Shown here: piece by piece, positions 49,458 through 59,362 of the stretch
Position numbering within the stretch: the first letter of the stretch is position 1
Layout: each line of letters starts with the position of its first letter
Assembly: GCA_038245785.1 (NCBI GenBank)
Contig: JBBRSB010000003.1
Location: forward strand, 166,336 to 230,335
DNA length: 64,000 nucleotides
From: Gloeobacterales cyanobacterium
GTDB taxonomy: Bacteria > Cyanobacteriota > Cyanobacteriia > Gloeobacterales > PMM-0068
Reading direction: 5' to 3'
Program-made: the position numbers and the translations under genes
The notes under the pieces: model-generated
Told to the model about the DNA's origin: nothing
Database searches by the model: none
What the model saw: the letters and a program-made list of their open reading frames with translations, nothing else

Positions 49458-50261
49458 ATGACCCAGCCCCAGCCCTATCTTGAACTGAGCGGAATTACCA
49501 AGACTTTCCCGACCCCGAAAGGCCCTTTTGTAGCCATAAAAGATGTTTCGATGACGATTAACGAGGGACAATTCATTACGCTCTTGGGCCACTCTGGATG
49601 CGGTAAAACAACGCTGCTCAATATGGTGGCGGGACTGAGCCAAGCAACGGAAGGTGGCGTGATTCTAGAAGGCAAAGAAGTGAATGAACCAGGCCCTGAC
49701 CGGATGGTAGTTTTCCAAAACTATTCCCTCCTTCCTTGGTTGACGGCCTACGAAAACGTCCATCTCGCCGTTAAATCTGCCATGCCCAATCTATCCGATG
49801 CAGAACGCCAAAAAATCACGCAAGAACATATCGATATGGTCGGTTTGAGCGCGAGTGCGAATAAGCGGCCCAAGGAACTTTCTGGTGGCATGAAACAGCG
49901 GGTTTCGATTGCACGGGCTTTGGCAATTCGGCCTAAGGTTTTGCTTTTGGATGAACCGTTTGGAGCCTTAGATGCCCTCACCCGCGAAGAGATGCAGGAT
50001 GAACTGCTCAGTATTTGGGAAGCCCACCGCACGACCGTGATGATGATCACCCATGATATTGACGAAGCGATTATCCTCGCAGACCGGATTGTGCTGATGA
50101 CCAATGGCCCAGAAGCGACGATTGGCGAAATCCTGGATGTTCATTTTCCCCGGCCCCGCTCCCGTGCCGAAATCCTAGAAGACCCCGCTTACTACAACAT
50201 CCGCAACCAAATCATGACCTTCCTCTATGACCGCTTTGGCGCTCCGGTCCTGGCTGATTAG
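49458..50261 (+). CDS. nrtD: Nitrate ABC transporter ATPase
   Basis: Motifs GHSGCGKT, LSGGMKQR, DEPFGALD. Confidence 0.93.
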   Translation: MTQPQPYLELSGITKTFPTPKGPFVAIKDVSMTINEGQFITLLGHSGCGKTTLLNMVAGLSQATEGGVILEGKEVNEPGPDRMVVFQNYSLLPWLTAYENVHLAVKSAMPNLSDAERQKITQEHIDMVGLSASANKRPKELSGGMKQRVSIARALAIRPKVLLLDEPFGALDALTREEMQDELLSIWEAHRTTVMMITHDIDEAIILADRIVLMTNGPEATIGEILDVHFPRPRSRAEILEDPAYYNIRNQIMTFLYDRFGAPVLAD

Positions 50262-50301
50262 GCCCAAGTTGGTCTTATCATGAGGCTTACCGGTGAGATT
50301 C
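50190..50301 (+). repeat. nrtD 3'-end direct repeat, copy 1 (resident)
   Basis: Matches 55565-55651 (75/87) and 56456-56527 (65/72). Confidence 0.9.
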
Positions 50302-50352
50302 ATCTAAAATGATAAGTCGTTCTATATTTTCGATCTTCTTCGCTTCAATAAG

Positions 50353-53300
50353 CTAAGTCAAGTTCTCAATTAATCCATCGATTTCCTCTTTTTTGGATTT
50401 AATTATTTTAGCTTCGACAATCTGTAAACTAGTTTCTCGAGTGATTTGCACCTCTTCTGTAACTTGTTGTTTCTGACAAGCGGGATGATAGACATGAGAG
50501 AGCCAATTCCAACTACCCACAACTGCAAACTTTGTATCACAGATCAAAATCCGCTCATTTGTTCCCTTCCCCTCAAGGCGAAAAATTCTTGCGCAGCCGT
50601 ATTTGTTGAACAGATTCTTAAGCTTCTTCTCTTCTATTGTCGCTAGTTCATCTTCATTGCTACTCCTGGGAGAGCTGTAAATTACGGTAACACTGACGCC
50701 TCGTTTCAAGGCAGAGACTACATCTTTAGTGAACTTCTGCGCAGCTTTTCCTCGAATTTCAGGAGTAACCACATACAGTTCTTGTTTAGCTTCCTTCAAT
50801 GCTTCTGTTAAAATCTCCAGATGGTCACAATCATAGATCCATGAAGCGCTTGAGGATGAGCAATCTTCTGGCGCAAATTTCGCTTTCGCTTTGTATTCCA
50901 GAATTATTCCGCGTTCTCGGATATGCTCAACAAGATGACGTGTAAAAGATCCCACTTCTTCTAAACGATGCAGGTTCCCAACCAGAATAAACAATTCTTT
51001 CGCTCTGGAAACGGCTACATTCAGAAGATTGGGTCGGCGATTAATCCAGTCAACGCTGTCTTGTCGGCGGCAGACTTTTGTAGAGAGAATGATGACACGA
51101 CGCTCTGATCCTTGAAAAGTATGAACTGTGCCAATCGCATTCTTATTCTTGAGTTGGGGAAATTCTTTAGATAAAGAATCTCGTAAAGCATCTGCCTGTA
51201 CTCGAAATGCAGAAATAACACCAATATCCTCAAGATTGTATCCATGCTTAAGGAGATGCCGAATGATCTCATGAATAGTTTCGATTTCATCTCGATTGAC
51301 TTTTGAGATAATTTTGCCATCAACGTGATAAGCAATTAGGTTAGCACCGATAAGAGATGCTTTTGGCTCTGTCTTACAACTCAAACCATAGTTGGCAATA
51401 CTATCACAAAAATTAATGATGTCGGGTTGACAGCGATAATGCTCCAGAAGTTGAATCCCTTGTCCCAAATCACCATATTCGCCAGTTGCTCCTGCCGCTC
51501 GGTGATAGGTTGTTGCTGTACCAATCTCAGCCGGACTATAGCAGTAACAAGCCTCTTGTGTTAGGCCCTTCTGAATAAAAGCTTCTTGATAATATTGCTC
51601 TAGAGTTTGCTGGCTTTGATTCACAATGGGTTCGATTTGCAAAGGATCGCCTACTACAATCGCTTTATGGGTTCGGACTAATAGTGGAAATGTCTGATGT
51701 ATGGGAATCATCCCTGATTCATCAACAATGACTCGATCTGCACACTGTTCAGTCCAGGGCAGCATATTTCTGATCGATTGTAATGTGCTAGTAATGACTG
51801 GGAAGATTAAACTGATTTTATTAAGATGCGCATGTAAACTACCTGCGATACGATTTCGATCTTCTTCTGTTCCAGACAAAACTCCTAAGTAGAGTTTCAA
51901 GGTAGCTTCAATATCTACTTTGCGACGTAATGCTTCCTCAGCAAGATACTGTCTAGATAAATTGAAAAGCTCTTTGTGTTGCTCATGGTATTGTATGTGA
52001 AATTTGCAGTAATAGTCCTCATCATCAAGTGGAGTCGCCAACCTCTCCTCTATGGCAGCCAACTCTAGCTGCTTTTCCACACAGGCCTGATTGGTGTTGA
52101 CCAATTCCTCTATTTGTTTTCTCAGGTTTGTTCGAATCGTTCGCAACTCTTGAAGTTGATTAAGCCCCGTGTCAATTCTCTGCCTTTGTTGATGTAAAGT
52201 GCTCCTATCGAGAGGAAGTTCAATCTCAAACGGGTTCCCTATGGTTTGATCGATGATAGGCTGACACCGAATCGCCATCTTCGCCAAAATCTGTCGTTCG
52301 GTTTTTCCAAATAGCCAGTAAACCCATCGTATCCACTTTGGTGGGGCTTTTTCGGGTATTTCTAATTCAGCTGTATTAAATTGAGATCGGATTTTCCGAT
52401 AGGTACTTTCAGGCAATTGATCATAGGATGCTAAAGTTATTTCCTGTTTCTCGAAATTGTCTTTCATTTTACGTCTTTCGGAAAGTTGCTGTTGCAATGA
52501 ATGTAGTTCTTTGGTAATCTCTGGCTGTTGAGCTTTATCCTTTAATCGACGTCGCTGTATTTCCTGATAATTACGCTCCTGACTTACAAAGGCTTGTTTA
52601 ATTTTTAGGATTTGAGCAGCCATTGACTTATGTCGATTCTCATCAAAATTAGCTTTCTGCAAATAATCTAGTGCTTGTTGTAGCTGTTCTTTTGCTCCGC
52701 CTACTTGATTAATCACTTTCTTGCTACCACCGTTGAGATAGAAAAAGCTATCTGGTAAATCTTCCCTTAGCCGTTCGATTACATTTTCTACAGCTCTGTT
52801 GTTAGTGCTACTGACGACAGTTAGATTATTCGTGTCTTCTTCTCTCTCGATCAAGCTCAAAGCGCGATTTACTACTTGCTGGGCGATGAGATGAAGAATC
52901 AGCGTAGTTTTGCCCGATCCTGGTGGGCCTTGCACAGCTGTTAGGGGCTCAGACTGTGCATGTTTAATGGCCTTGAGTTGCGAGTCTGTCGGAGGATTGG
53001 TCAGGAACGCGCCTAGATAAGAAGTCTCATGCGTTGGAGGTTTGGGACTGCCGAATAAGTATTCATAGGCAGGATGCCCTGATTTTAACCAGTGTCTTGT
53101 TTGCGCTTCTCTAATGACTTTCAGGTCTTTTTTGAGATTAAACGAAAAGCCGCTGCCTTTAAACTCAAATAAGTAGGGTTTACTAGTAATGCTGTAAGGC
53201 GGTAGACTAACTCGCTGCATCCAGTCTTCCAAGTTTTCAAAATCAAAGCCGAAAGTTGTTTCTAAGAACCGTCGCAGTCCATTTTTAGTAACTAATTTCT

Positions 53301-53706
53301 CAATCTGTTCTTCGTCGAGATTGAGAAAGGCGGCTAAATTCTCACCTGCCTCTGCCATCTCAAAAGTTTCAACATTCCATCCTTCTGTGTGGTAGTCGTC
53401 CCTAAAAATTGCAGTAATATCCAAGCTGAATAAGGGACAGAGCATAGACTTTCCCTTTTCCACTTTACTGACTTGAGGAAACGATAGCACCCAGGTTTTA
53501 TCTTGCTGCTCAGAGCTTTCAGATAAATTTGCCCGTTGAATTTTAGAGAAAAGTTTTTTTTCAACTTTAAGAGTATTACCAGTTAGCCAGATGTCACTAC
53601 TCTTTGCATTTTCTAACGGTACTTTTGCATTACTGAGATCTTCTAATCTAATGAATTGAAGCCATGCATCAAGAATAGCATCAACTTTACTATTGGTACT
53701 TAGCAT
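50353..53706 (-). CDS. Upf1-like SF1 helicase with a coiled-coil insert and a C-terminal PLD-like domain
   Basis: Motifs QGPPGSGKT, VDESG, GDPLQ, EHYRC, TVHTFQGSE, NVAVSRAK; C-terminal NERILICD...VGSWNW. Confidence 0.85.
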   Translation of the reverse strand: MLSTNSKVDAILDAWLQFIRLEDLSNAKVPLENAKSSDIWLTGNTLKVEKKLFSKIQRANLSESSEQQDKTWVLSFPQVSKVEKGKSMLCPLFSLDITAIFRDDYHTEGWNVETFEMAEAGENLAAFLNLDEEQIEKLVTKNGLRRFLETTFGFDFENLEDWMQRVSLPPYSITSKPYLFEFKGSGFSFNLKKDLKVIREAQTRHWLKSGHPAYEYLFGSPKPPTHETSYLGAFLTNPPTDSQLKAIKHAQSEPLTAVQGPPGSGKTTLILHLIAQQVVNRALSLIEREEDTNNLTVVSSTNNRAVENVIERLREDLPDSFFYLNGGSKKVINQVGGAKEQLQQALDYLQKANFDENRHKSMAAQILKIKQAFVSQERNYQEIQRRRLKDKAQQPEITKELHSLQQQLSERRKMKDNFEKQEITLASYDQLPESTYRKIRSQFNTAELEIPEKAPPKWIRWVYWLFGKTERQILAKMAIRCQPIIDQTIGNPFEIELPLDRSTLHQQRQRIDTGLNQLQELRTIRTNLRKQIEELVNTNQACVEKQLELAAIEERLATPLDDEDYYCKFHIQYHEQHKELFNLSRQYLAEEALRRKVDIEATLKLYLGVLSGTEEDRNRIAGSLHAHLNKISLIFPVITSTLQSIRNMLPWTEQCADRVIVDESGMIPIHQTFPLLVRTHKAIVVGDPLQIEPIVNQSQQTLEQYYQEAFIQKGLTQEACYCYSPAEIGTATTYHRAAGATGEYGDLGQGIQLLEHYRCQPDIINFCDSIANYGLSCKTEPKASLIGANLIAYHVDGKIISKVNRDEIETIHEIIRHLLKHGYNLEDIGVISAFRVQADALRDSLSKEFPQLKNKNAIGTVHTFQGSERRVIILSTKVCRRQDSVDWINRRPNLLNVAVSRAKELFILVGNLHRLEEVGSFTRHLVEHIRERGIILEYKAKAKFAPEDCSSSSASWIYDCDHLEILTEALKEAKQELYVVTPEIRGKAAQKFTKDVVSALKRGVSVTVIYSSPRSSNEDELATIEEKKLKNLFNKYGCARIFRLEGKGTNERILICDTKFAVVGSWNWLSHVYHPACQKQQVTEEVQITRETSLQIVEAKIIKSKKEEIDGLIENLT

Positions 53707-53852
53707 ACTTCTCCCTCAATTAGTCCGTGATTTTGATTGAAATAATCTTTGTATTATTGGATAGTCCTAATCAGGACAGATAAAGCTCATGATTAAATCT
53801 TTCTTGTACTATGATCGCGGCGAGTAAATAATATCCATTTCTTTTCTTAAAA

Positions 53853-55478
53853 GTGGAACTCATGACATTTAAAGATAATATAACGTCGCAGATCTCAACA
53901 TATCAGTTTGACACTGTATTCATAGACGCGATCGGAAATCTGTCCAGGCGTGATCGCTGTCAGGCTACATGCTTCACTGAATTGCTTGGAAATGGTGTAG
54001 TTCTAGAAATGGTTCAAATTCCAGAGGGAGCGGGGCAAATAGGTTCCCCCATCTTTGAGGATGGACATTCGGATGATGAAGAACTACGTTCAGTCCAGTT
54101 TGCTAAATTTTTTATGGGAAAGTATCCCATCACACAAGCTCAGTGGAGAGTAGTTGCCTTATTACCCAAAGTTAATTGCAGTCTGAATCCTGAGTCTTCT
54201 TATTCTAAAGGATTAAACCGCCCAGTAGAACAGGTGTCTTGGTTTGATGTCATTGAATTCTGTGCCAGATTATCCCAAGCAACCGGACGATTGTATCGAC
54301 TTCCGACCGAAGCGGAATGGGAGTACGGCTGTCGAGCCAGAACAACTAACCCATTTCATTTTGGTGAAACTCTTTCAACGGATTGGGCAAATTATCGCGG
54401 AGAAGACCATTTCAGAAAAGGACGTACTAAGCAAGGTATTTGGTATAGAGGTTCTTATGGCAAAGGTTCAACTGGCATTGATCGCAAAGAAACAACGGAA
54501 GTTGGTCATTTCCAAGCAGCAAATGCATTTGGACTATACGATATGCACGGCAACGTCTGGGAGTGGTGTGCTCATCATTTCTATACGGACAGTTCAGAAT
54601 ATCAACAGTGCCTTATAGAGGAAGTCCAACAGCCTTTACGGGGTGGATCTTGGAAGTCCTCCCCAAGTGCTTGTCGCTCTGCATCTCGCTGGCAGACTAG
54701 CCCAGGTTGCCGTGAGGCATTCATCGGGTTTCGAGTGGTCTATTCTGAGAATCGTGACCGCTCTGCCTCTCAAGCGTCTTCACCACCCTTCTCACAAGAC
54801 CTTTTGTCGAACATTCAAGTGGACGGCAATATAACAGTGAGCGGCAATATCACCCAGAACATCTATTATCAGCCAATGACACCTGTTGCTCCATCCCGCA
54901 ATCCCATTCAGAAACGGACAATTTTATTTCTGGCTTCCAGTCCGACTGACCAAGCGAGACTCCGGCAAGATAAAGAAGTCAGGGAAGTCAATTCAGGATT
55001 AGAACGTGCAAAGTATCGAGAACAATTTAAGCTGGAACAGCGGTGGGCAACTCGCTCTATTGATCTTCGGCGTGCTCTTCTAGACCTTGAGCCGCAAATC
55101 CTTCATTTTTCTGGACATGGAGGCGGAGAAATTGGACTGGTATTAGAGGATCAATCTGGGAGCACTAAATTGGTTGCAACAGGTGCCTTAGCAGCACTGT
55201 TTCAGCCATTTGCTCAACGAGGACTAGAATGTGTTGTTCTCAATGCTTGTTACTCGGACGTTCAAGCAACGGCCATTACTCAACACATTCCTTATGTAAT
55301 TGGAATGAATAATGCGATCAGTGATACCGCAGCCATCGAATTTTCAATTGGATTTTATGACGCACTAGGCGCAGGATGGTCTTATGAAGAAGCTTTTAAG
55401 ATAGGTAAAAATGCTATCGCATTTGAAGGCGTTCCAGAAGAGATGATTCCTGTTTTGAGAAAGAAAGCCGATAGATAA
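53853..55478 (+). CDS. FGE-sulfatase (SUMF1/CLec-fold) domain fused to a CHAT caspase-like protease domain
   Basis: RLPTEAEWEY, NAFGLYDMHGNVWEW, RGGSW, GFRVV; then HFSGHG and VVLNACYS. Confidence 0.88.
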   Translation: MELMTFKDNITSQISTYQFDTVFIDAIGNLSRRDRCQATCFTELLGNGVVLEMVQIPEGAGQIGSPIFEDGHSDDEELRSVQFAKFFMGKYPITQAQWRVVALLPKVNCSLNPESSYSKGLNRPVEQVSWFDVIEFCARLSQATGRLYRLPTEAEWEYGCRARTTNPFHFGETLSTDWANYRGEDHFRKGRTKQGIWYRGSYGKGSTGIDRKETTEVGHFQAANAFGLYDMHGNVWEWCAHHFYTDSSEYQQCLIEEVQQPLRGGSWKSSPSACRSASRWQTSPGCREAFIGFRVVYSENRDRSASQASSPPFSQDLLSNIQVDGNITVSGNITQNIYYQPMTPVAPSRNPIQKRTILFLASSPTDQARLRQDKEVREVNSGLERAKYREQFKLEQRWATRSIDLRRALLDLEPQILHFSGHGGGEIGLVLEDQSGSTKLVATGALAALFQPFAQRGLECVVLNACYSDVQATAITQHIPYVIGMNNAISDTAAIEFSIGFYDALGAGWSYEEAFKIGKNAIAFEGVPEEMIPVLRKKADR

Positions 55479-55564
55479 CCTTTGAGAAATGGTTTAGGCT
55501 TTTGCTGATGCTCGGCAGTTTCAAATTTTACCTACTTAAACTTCCAGATGCAGGTTACTCCATC

Positions 55565-55651
55565 TGACCTTCCTCTATGACCGTTTTGGCGCTCCGGTAC
55601 TAGCAGATTAGACTCAAATTGGTTTTATTGTGATGCTTATCGGTGAGATTC
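55565..55651 (+). repeat. nrtD 3'-end direct repeat, copy 2
   Basis: Encodes TFLYDRFGAPVLAD* with four synonymous changes, plus 40 nt of downstream sequence. Confidence 0.9.
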
Positions 55652-55683
55652 GGTAGAATCAAATTACCTTGAGAGAATTTGCT

Positions 55684-55944
55684 ATGGCCCTACCCGTATT
55701 GCCAAAGCTAAAGAGTCTGCCAGCACAGGGGGCTGTAGAGATTGTGCTGGCAGAAAGAGTACCGATTTTTCGGGCCTCAGAAGCGGTTCAGGCGCGGATT
55801 GAAACTCTATTGGCTAAACAAAAAGACTCCCCACTGAGTATAGAAGAAGAGCAAGAACTGGATAGCTACGAAGAGATTGATGACTATCTGAGTTTTGTAA
55901 ATCGCACAATGCGCAATGTCTATCAAAAACAGCAGGGCGGTTAG
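55684..55944 (+). CDS. Small antitoxin-like protein upstream of an HNH gene
   Basis: Pattern QARIETLL.KQK...LS.EEEQELD.YEE.DD; layout typical of an antitoxin-HNH pair. Confidence 0.65.
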   Translation: MALPVLPKLKSLPAQGAVEIVLAERVPIFRASEAVQARIETLLAKQKDSPLSIEEEQELDSYEEIDDYLSFVNRTMRNVYQKQQGG

Positions 55945-55946
55945 CC

Positions 55947-56390
55947 TTGGCCGGACGGAGCAAAATTTCTCAAGCTCTTCAGGAGAAGGTCCGGCAGCAG
56001 GCAAACTACTTGTGTGAATATTGTCATGCGTCGGAGCAATGGCAGTAGGTTCAGTTTACGGTGGATCACATTATTCCTCTGTCGATTGGAGGTAGTGATA
56101 ATCTAGAGAACTTGGCATTAGCTTGTTTTCACTGCAATCGACGAAAAACGAATCGTGTGCTGGCAACAGTACGTGAGACCAATGAAAAAGTCTCATTGTT
56201 TAATCCTCGACAGGAGCGTTGGAATGAACATTTCATCTGGTCTGAAGATGGGCTCTTAATTGTTGGATTGACACCGAGGGGACAGGCAACTGTTGAAGCC
56301 TTAGCTTTGAATCGGGAGCGGGTGATTAGCATTCGGGCTGCTGATAAACAGGTCGGAAGGCATCCGCCACAGTATGACCCAATCCAGTAA
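55947..56390 (+). pseudogene. HNH endonuclease with a nonsense codon (TAG 56046-56048)
   Basis: Reads VRQQANYLCEYCH..WQ*VQFTVDHIIP..GGSD..NLALACFHCN, LFNPR. Confidence 0.85.
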
Positions 56391-56455
56391 AACATGGACA
56401 ACCAATTTTTAAAAAGCGAAGTTGTTTTACGCCCCTGCTGATAATGAGATCAGAC

Positions 56456-56527
56456 TATTACAATATCCGCAATCAAATCATGACCTTCCTCTATGACCGT
56501 CTTGGCGCTCCAGTCCTGGCTGATTAA
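56456..56527 (+). repeat. nrtD 3'-end direct repeat, copy 3
   Basis: Encodes YYNIRNQIMTFLYDRLGAPVLAD*; six of seven differences are synonymous. Confidence 0.9.
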
Positions 56528-56847
56528 AACTCTTGCACGAATGCTAAAAATATTACTTAGACGTAATTCTCTTCCGTTTTATAGGAACAGTTTTTGAGCC
56601 GGACGGCATCGCGGACTTAATCTAAAAGATTCTTTGGACGGGGTTGCATTGAAGATTTGCGACCTATTATGCCTCTTTAAGTAATTAGGCTACAAATCTT
56701 CGGTTATCTACTGGAATTTGTACCGAGGTTGTCTGCCTAATCCTCTTAAGTGGTAGTATACGCAGGGTTCGTCTGCCTAGTATGCCGCAAAGGTGATTAG
56801 ACAACTTTTTCAGCCTAACAAATAGTTAGCTGGCTCAAGGTCTCCAG

Positions 56848-57576
56848 ATGCAAAACTCAGAGGCTTTCCTCGCACACTTCTCAGCAATCGAATCCTGGCT
56901 TCGGCAGCAAGCAGAAGCGGATCGCTCAATCTCGTTCTATCAACTTGTTGAGCGCGCCGCGTCCAGGAATCGAGCGGTAGCTCGGTATCGCGATGATCTC
57001 AAAGAGTTTGCAGATCTCAGAAATGCCATCGTTCATGAGCGCACGGACGGTCACGTCATTGCTGAACCAAACAATCTGGCAGTCACTGACCTCGAACGAC
57101 TACGCTCGACACTTCTGAATCCGCCCACCGTGATCCCCAAGTTCCAGATTGCGGTACGGTTAAGAACTGCAACAGATTCAGTTGGAGACGCCGTAACTGA
57201 AATGCGAGACGGCTCCTTCTCGCAGCTACCAATACTCTCTAACGGCAAGGTCGTTGCTCTTCTCACATCCGAGACGGTTGTTCGATGGCTTGCCTCCGAG
57301 GTACTAAATCAACTTGTAAGCCCGTGGGAAACAAGCATCGAACAGGTTCTGCCGTACACAGAAGACCAAGATCACTATTGCTTTCTCTCGCGCAGAGCTA
57401 CGATGCTCGATGCTCTCTCTCGGTTTGAAGACTTTGCCGCCCGAGGCAAGGATCTCGATGCCATCCTCATCTCGCAGGACGGCAAGCCAGAGCAGCAACT
57501 CCTCGGTATTCTCACGCTCTATGACTTGCCTGCAATACTCGAAGTCCTTGGGCTCAAGCGCGTATCAGCCACCTAA
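56848..57576 (+). CDS. CBS-domain protein with an N-terminal HEPN-like motif
   Basis: LRNAIVH (R-x4-H), then a CBS pair (FSQLPI, LLGILT.YD). Confidence 0.75.
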   Translation: MQNSEAFLAHFSAIESWLRQQAEADRSISFYQLVERAASRNRAVARYRDDLKEFADLRNAIVHERTDGHVIAEPNNLAVTDLERLRSTLLNPPTVIPKFQIAVRLRTATDSVGDAVTEMRDGSFSQLPILSNGKVVALLTSETVVRWLASEVLNQLVSPWETSIEQVLPYTEDQDHYCFLSRRATMLDALSRFEDFAARGKDLDAILISQDGKPEQQLLGILTLYDLPAILEVLGLKRVSAT

Positions 57577-57632
57577 CTCTTCCATCAAGCGGAAGGCGAT
57601 CGCTTGAACGGATTCAGCTGGGAGGGTTAGAA
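57571..57632 (+). other. attC-like recombination site (integron cassette type), imperfect
   Basis: ACCTAAC contains the gene's stop codon; GTTAGAA is at the other end; 62-nt imperfect palindrome. Confidence 0.45.
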
Positions 57633-57644
57633 CCTAGGATACAG

Positions 57645-58433
57645 ATGAGAAAACGACGTTTCAACCAGATTCGAGTCGACAGTTGGGAAGACGCCATGGT
57701 GTTAGGCAAAGGCCTTGCTGGACACGTCTTCCGTGGGCAATCGGATGCGAAGTGGTTGCTATCCACAACCATCGAGAGAGCCGCCCGACGCTATGGATTC
57801 CCGGACGGTGCACTTCGTAACCGCGAAATCGTCCTCTTGAACAACTTCCAGCGGCGGGCACATCAGTACATCGATGATCCACCCAGCCTCGAAGCTCGTC
57901 TTGAATGGCTCGCGTTGATGCAGCACCATGGTGCGCCTACGCGGCTGCTCGACTTCTCCCATTCCTTCTATACCGATTTCACTATGGGGCACACGAGCAA
58001 CCTCCTCAGTGAGACGAAGACAATGCTCGATCTTGAAGAGGAATCGCGAGCAGTATTCCAGGCACATTTGAGTGGTCGACAGACAAGTATCTGTGTGATG
58101 CTCGTTGAACCACACCGTATGAACACAAGACTTGCAGTCCAGCAAGGGTGTTTCATTGCACCCGGCGACCTCAGCAAATCCTTCATAGAAAACCTTTCCC
58201 ACTGCCTCGAAATGGATGTTGCCACGTTAGCGGTCAACAAGGGTCGCTTGATGCGGCGCGGAGACGCTGATCGGCTCTTCGATATGCCAATCGTCAAAAT
58301 CGTATTGCCTAAAGAGATCCACAACCAAGCCATCTGGGATCTTGATCAGATGAACGTGAATGCGACATCACTCTTCCCTGGATTAGACGGATTTGCCCGT
58401 TCTCTCCACACATGGTTTCGAGACGTCATCTGA
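57645..58433 (+). CDS. FRG-domain protein, possibly with an internal deletion
   Basis: Motifs FRGQS, LMQHHGAPTRLLDFS, RLAVQQGCF, SLFPGLDG; the usual VAxxFA after the LDFS motif is missing. Confidence 0.8.
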   Translation: MRKRRFNQIRVDSWEDAMVLGKGLAGHVFRGQSDAKWLLSTTIERAARRYGFPDGALRNREIVLLNNFQRRAHQYIDDPPSLEARLEWLALMQHHGAPTRLLDFSHSFYTDFTMGHTSNLLSETKTMLDLEEESRAVFQAHLSGRQTSICVMLVEPHRMNTRLAVQQGCFIAPGDLSKSFIENLSHCLEMDVATLAVNKGRLMRRGDADRLFDMPIVKIVLPKEIHNQAIWDLDQMNVNATSLFPGLDGFARSLHTWFRDVI

Positions 58434-58516
58434 CTCAAGGTACCCGGAAGGAGCTCAATAGGTGCAAGAAAGACGACGCAGTAGAATTGAAGGAAGCGCT
58501 AACCCAAAGGCAACTC

Positions 58517-58777
58517 ATGCTAAAAACTGTCGAAGGCATTTATCAGGATGGGCAAATTCAGCTCACCGAGATACCGCAAGATGTTAGCGATCACGTCCAA
58601 GTCCTTGTTACTTTTCTTGACCCTGGCAAAGATCCTGCCAAGCTACGCCAACTGATTGACCAGTTAGAGACGATTGCGGGTATTCAGCAAGGCTTTGAGG
58701 AACTCAACGCGGGTCAAACTCGCCCCATTGGCGATTTCGTCCAAGAAATGCAGCAGAAATATGACATTCCAGGTTGA
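58517..58777 (+). CDS. Putative antitoxin of the ParE module
   Basis: Starts MLKTVEGIYQDG; contains IQQGFEEL.AG; overlaps parE. Confidence 0.7.
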   Translation: MLKTVEGIYQDGQIQLTEIPQDVSDHVQVLVTFLDPGKDPAKLRQLIDQLETIAGIQQGFEELNAGQTRPIGDFVQEMQQKYDIPG

Positions 58778-59098
58778 GCTTACTCTGATCGCAGAAACTC
58801 AGATTGAGCAAGCCTACCGCTGGTATCGAGAGCGGAACCCTGAATTTGCTGATCGTTGGTTTCGAGGGTTGATGAATACTATCGCCACGCTGCAAGAAAA
58901 CCTCAACGTTGTGCCCTAGCAGTCGAGCATACGATTTTTCCAGAAGAAGTGCATCAACTCCTTTACGGGAAGGCCAAAAACGTATATCGAGTGCTTTTTG
59001 CGATTCGAGATAGCAGAGTTTATGTACTGCATCTGCGCCATAGTGCTCAAGCACCACTGACAATGAATGAATTAGAAGAGTTAAAAGGTGGAGCTTAG
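58761..59098 (+). pseudogene. parE: RelE/ParE toxin, frameshifted in an A-run (58897-58900)
   Basis: MTFQVELT..LQE continues in another frame as KPQRC..YRVLFAI..VYVLHLRH. Confidence 0.85.
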
Positions 59099-59362
59099 CA
59101 TTTCATGGAGATTGTGAAAATGGCAGAGTTTGATATGGTTCAGCAAAATGAAGCTATCGGGAATGTTATTGATCAAAGCGACACTTGGACTGAACAAGAT
59201 CAGCATGAGCTAGTGAATTTTTCCTTACAACACGCAGCTGTACTCTTCTCCGAAAGCGGGGAGTAGTTCTGTAAAATTGGAGTATCTCAAGAGAACCTGC
59301 TGCTGATATGACAGATAAATCGTATGAAATACAATTGTGCTTAGAGAATAGGAGTAATTACA

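Noticed and set aside
45090..50261. Bicarbonate transporter cmpABCD
   Set aside because: The HPEK lysine, the NtcA-like boxes and the nearby nirBD favour nitrate/nitrite transport.
54630..54745. Diversity-generating retroelement targeting the FGE domain
   Set aside because: No reverse transcriptase and no adenine-variant template repeat were seen in the window. A remote DGR cannot be excluded.
4376..56390. Stop-codon reassignment or programmed readthrough explaining the in-frame stops
   Set aside because: The stops are of all three types (TGA, TAA, TAG) and appear to replace different residues. Core genes end normally with each type, so ordinary nonsense mutations are simpler.
50190..56527. 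CRISPR array
   Set aside because: The repeats are gene-end copies separated by 0.8-5.3 kb, not short regular spacers, and there are no cas genes.
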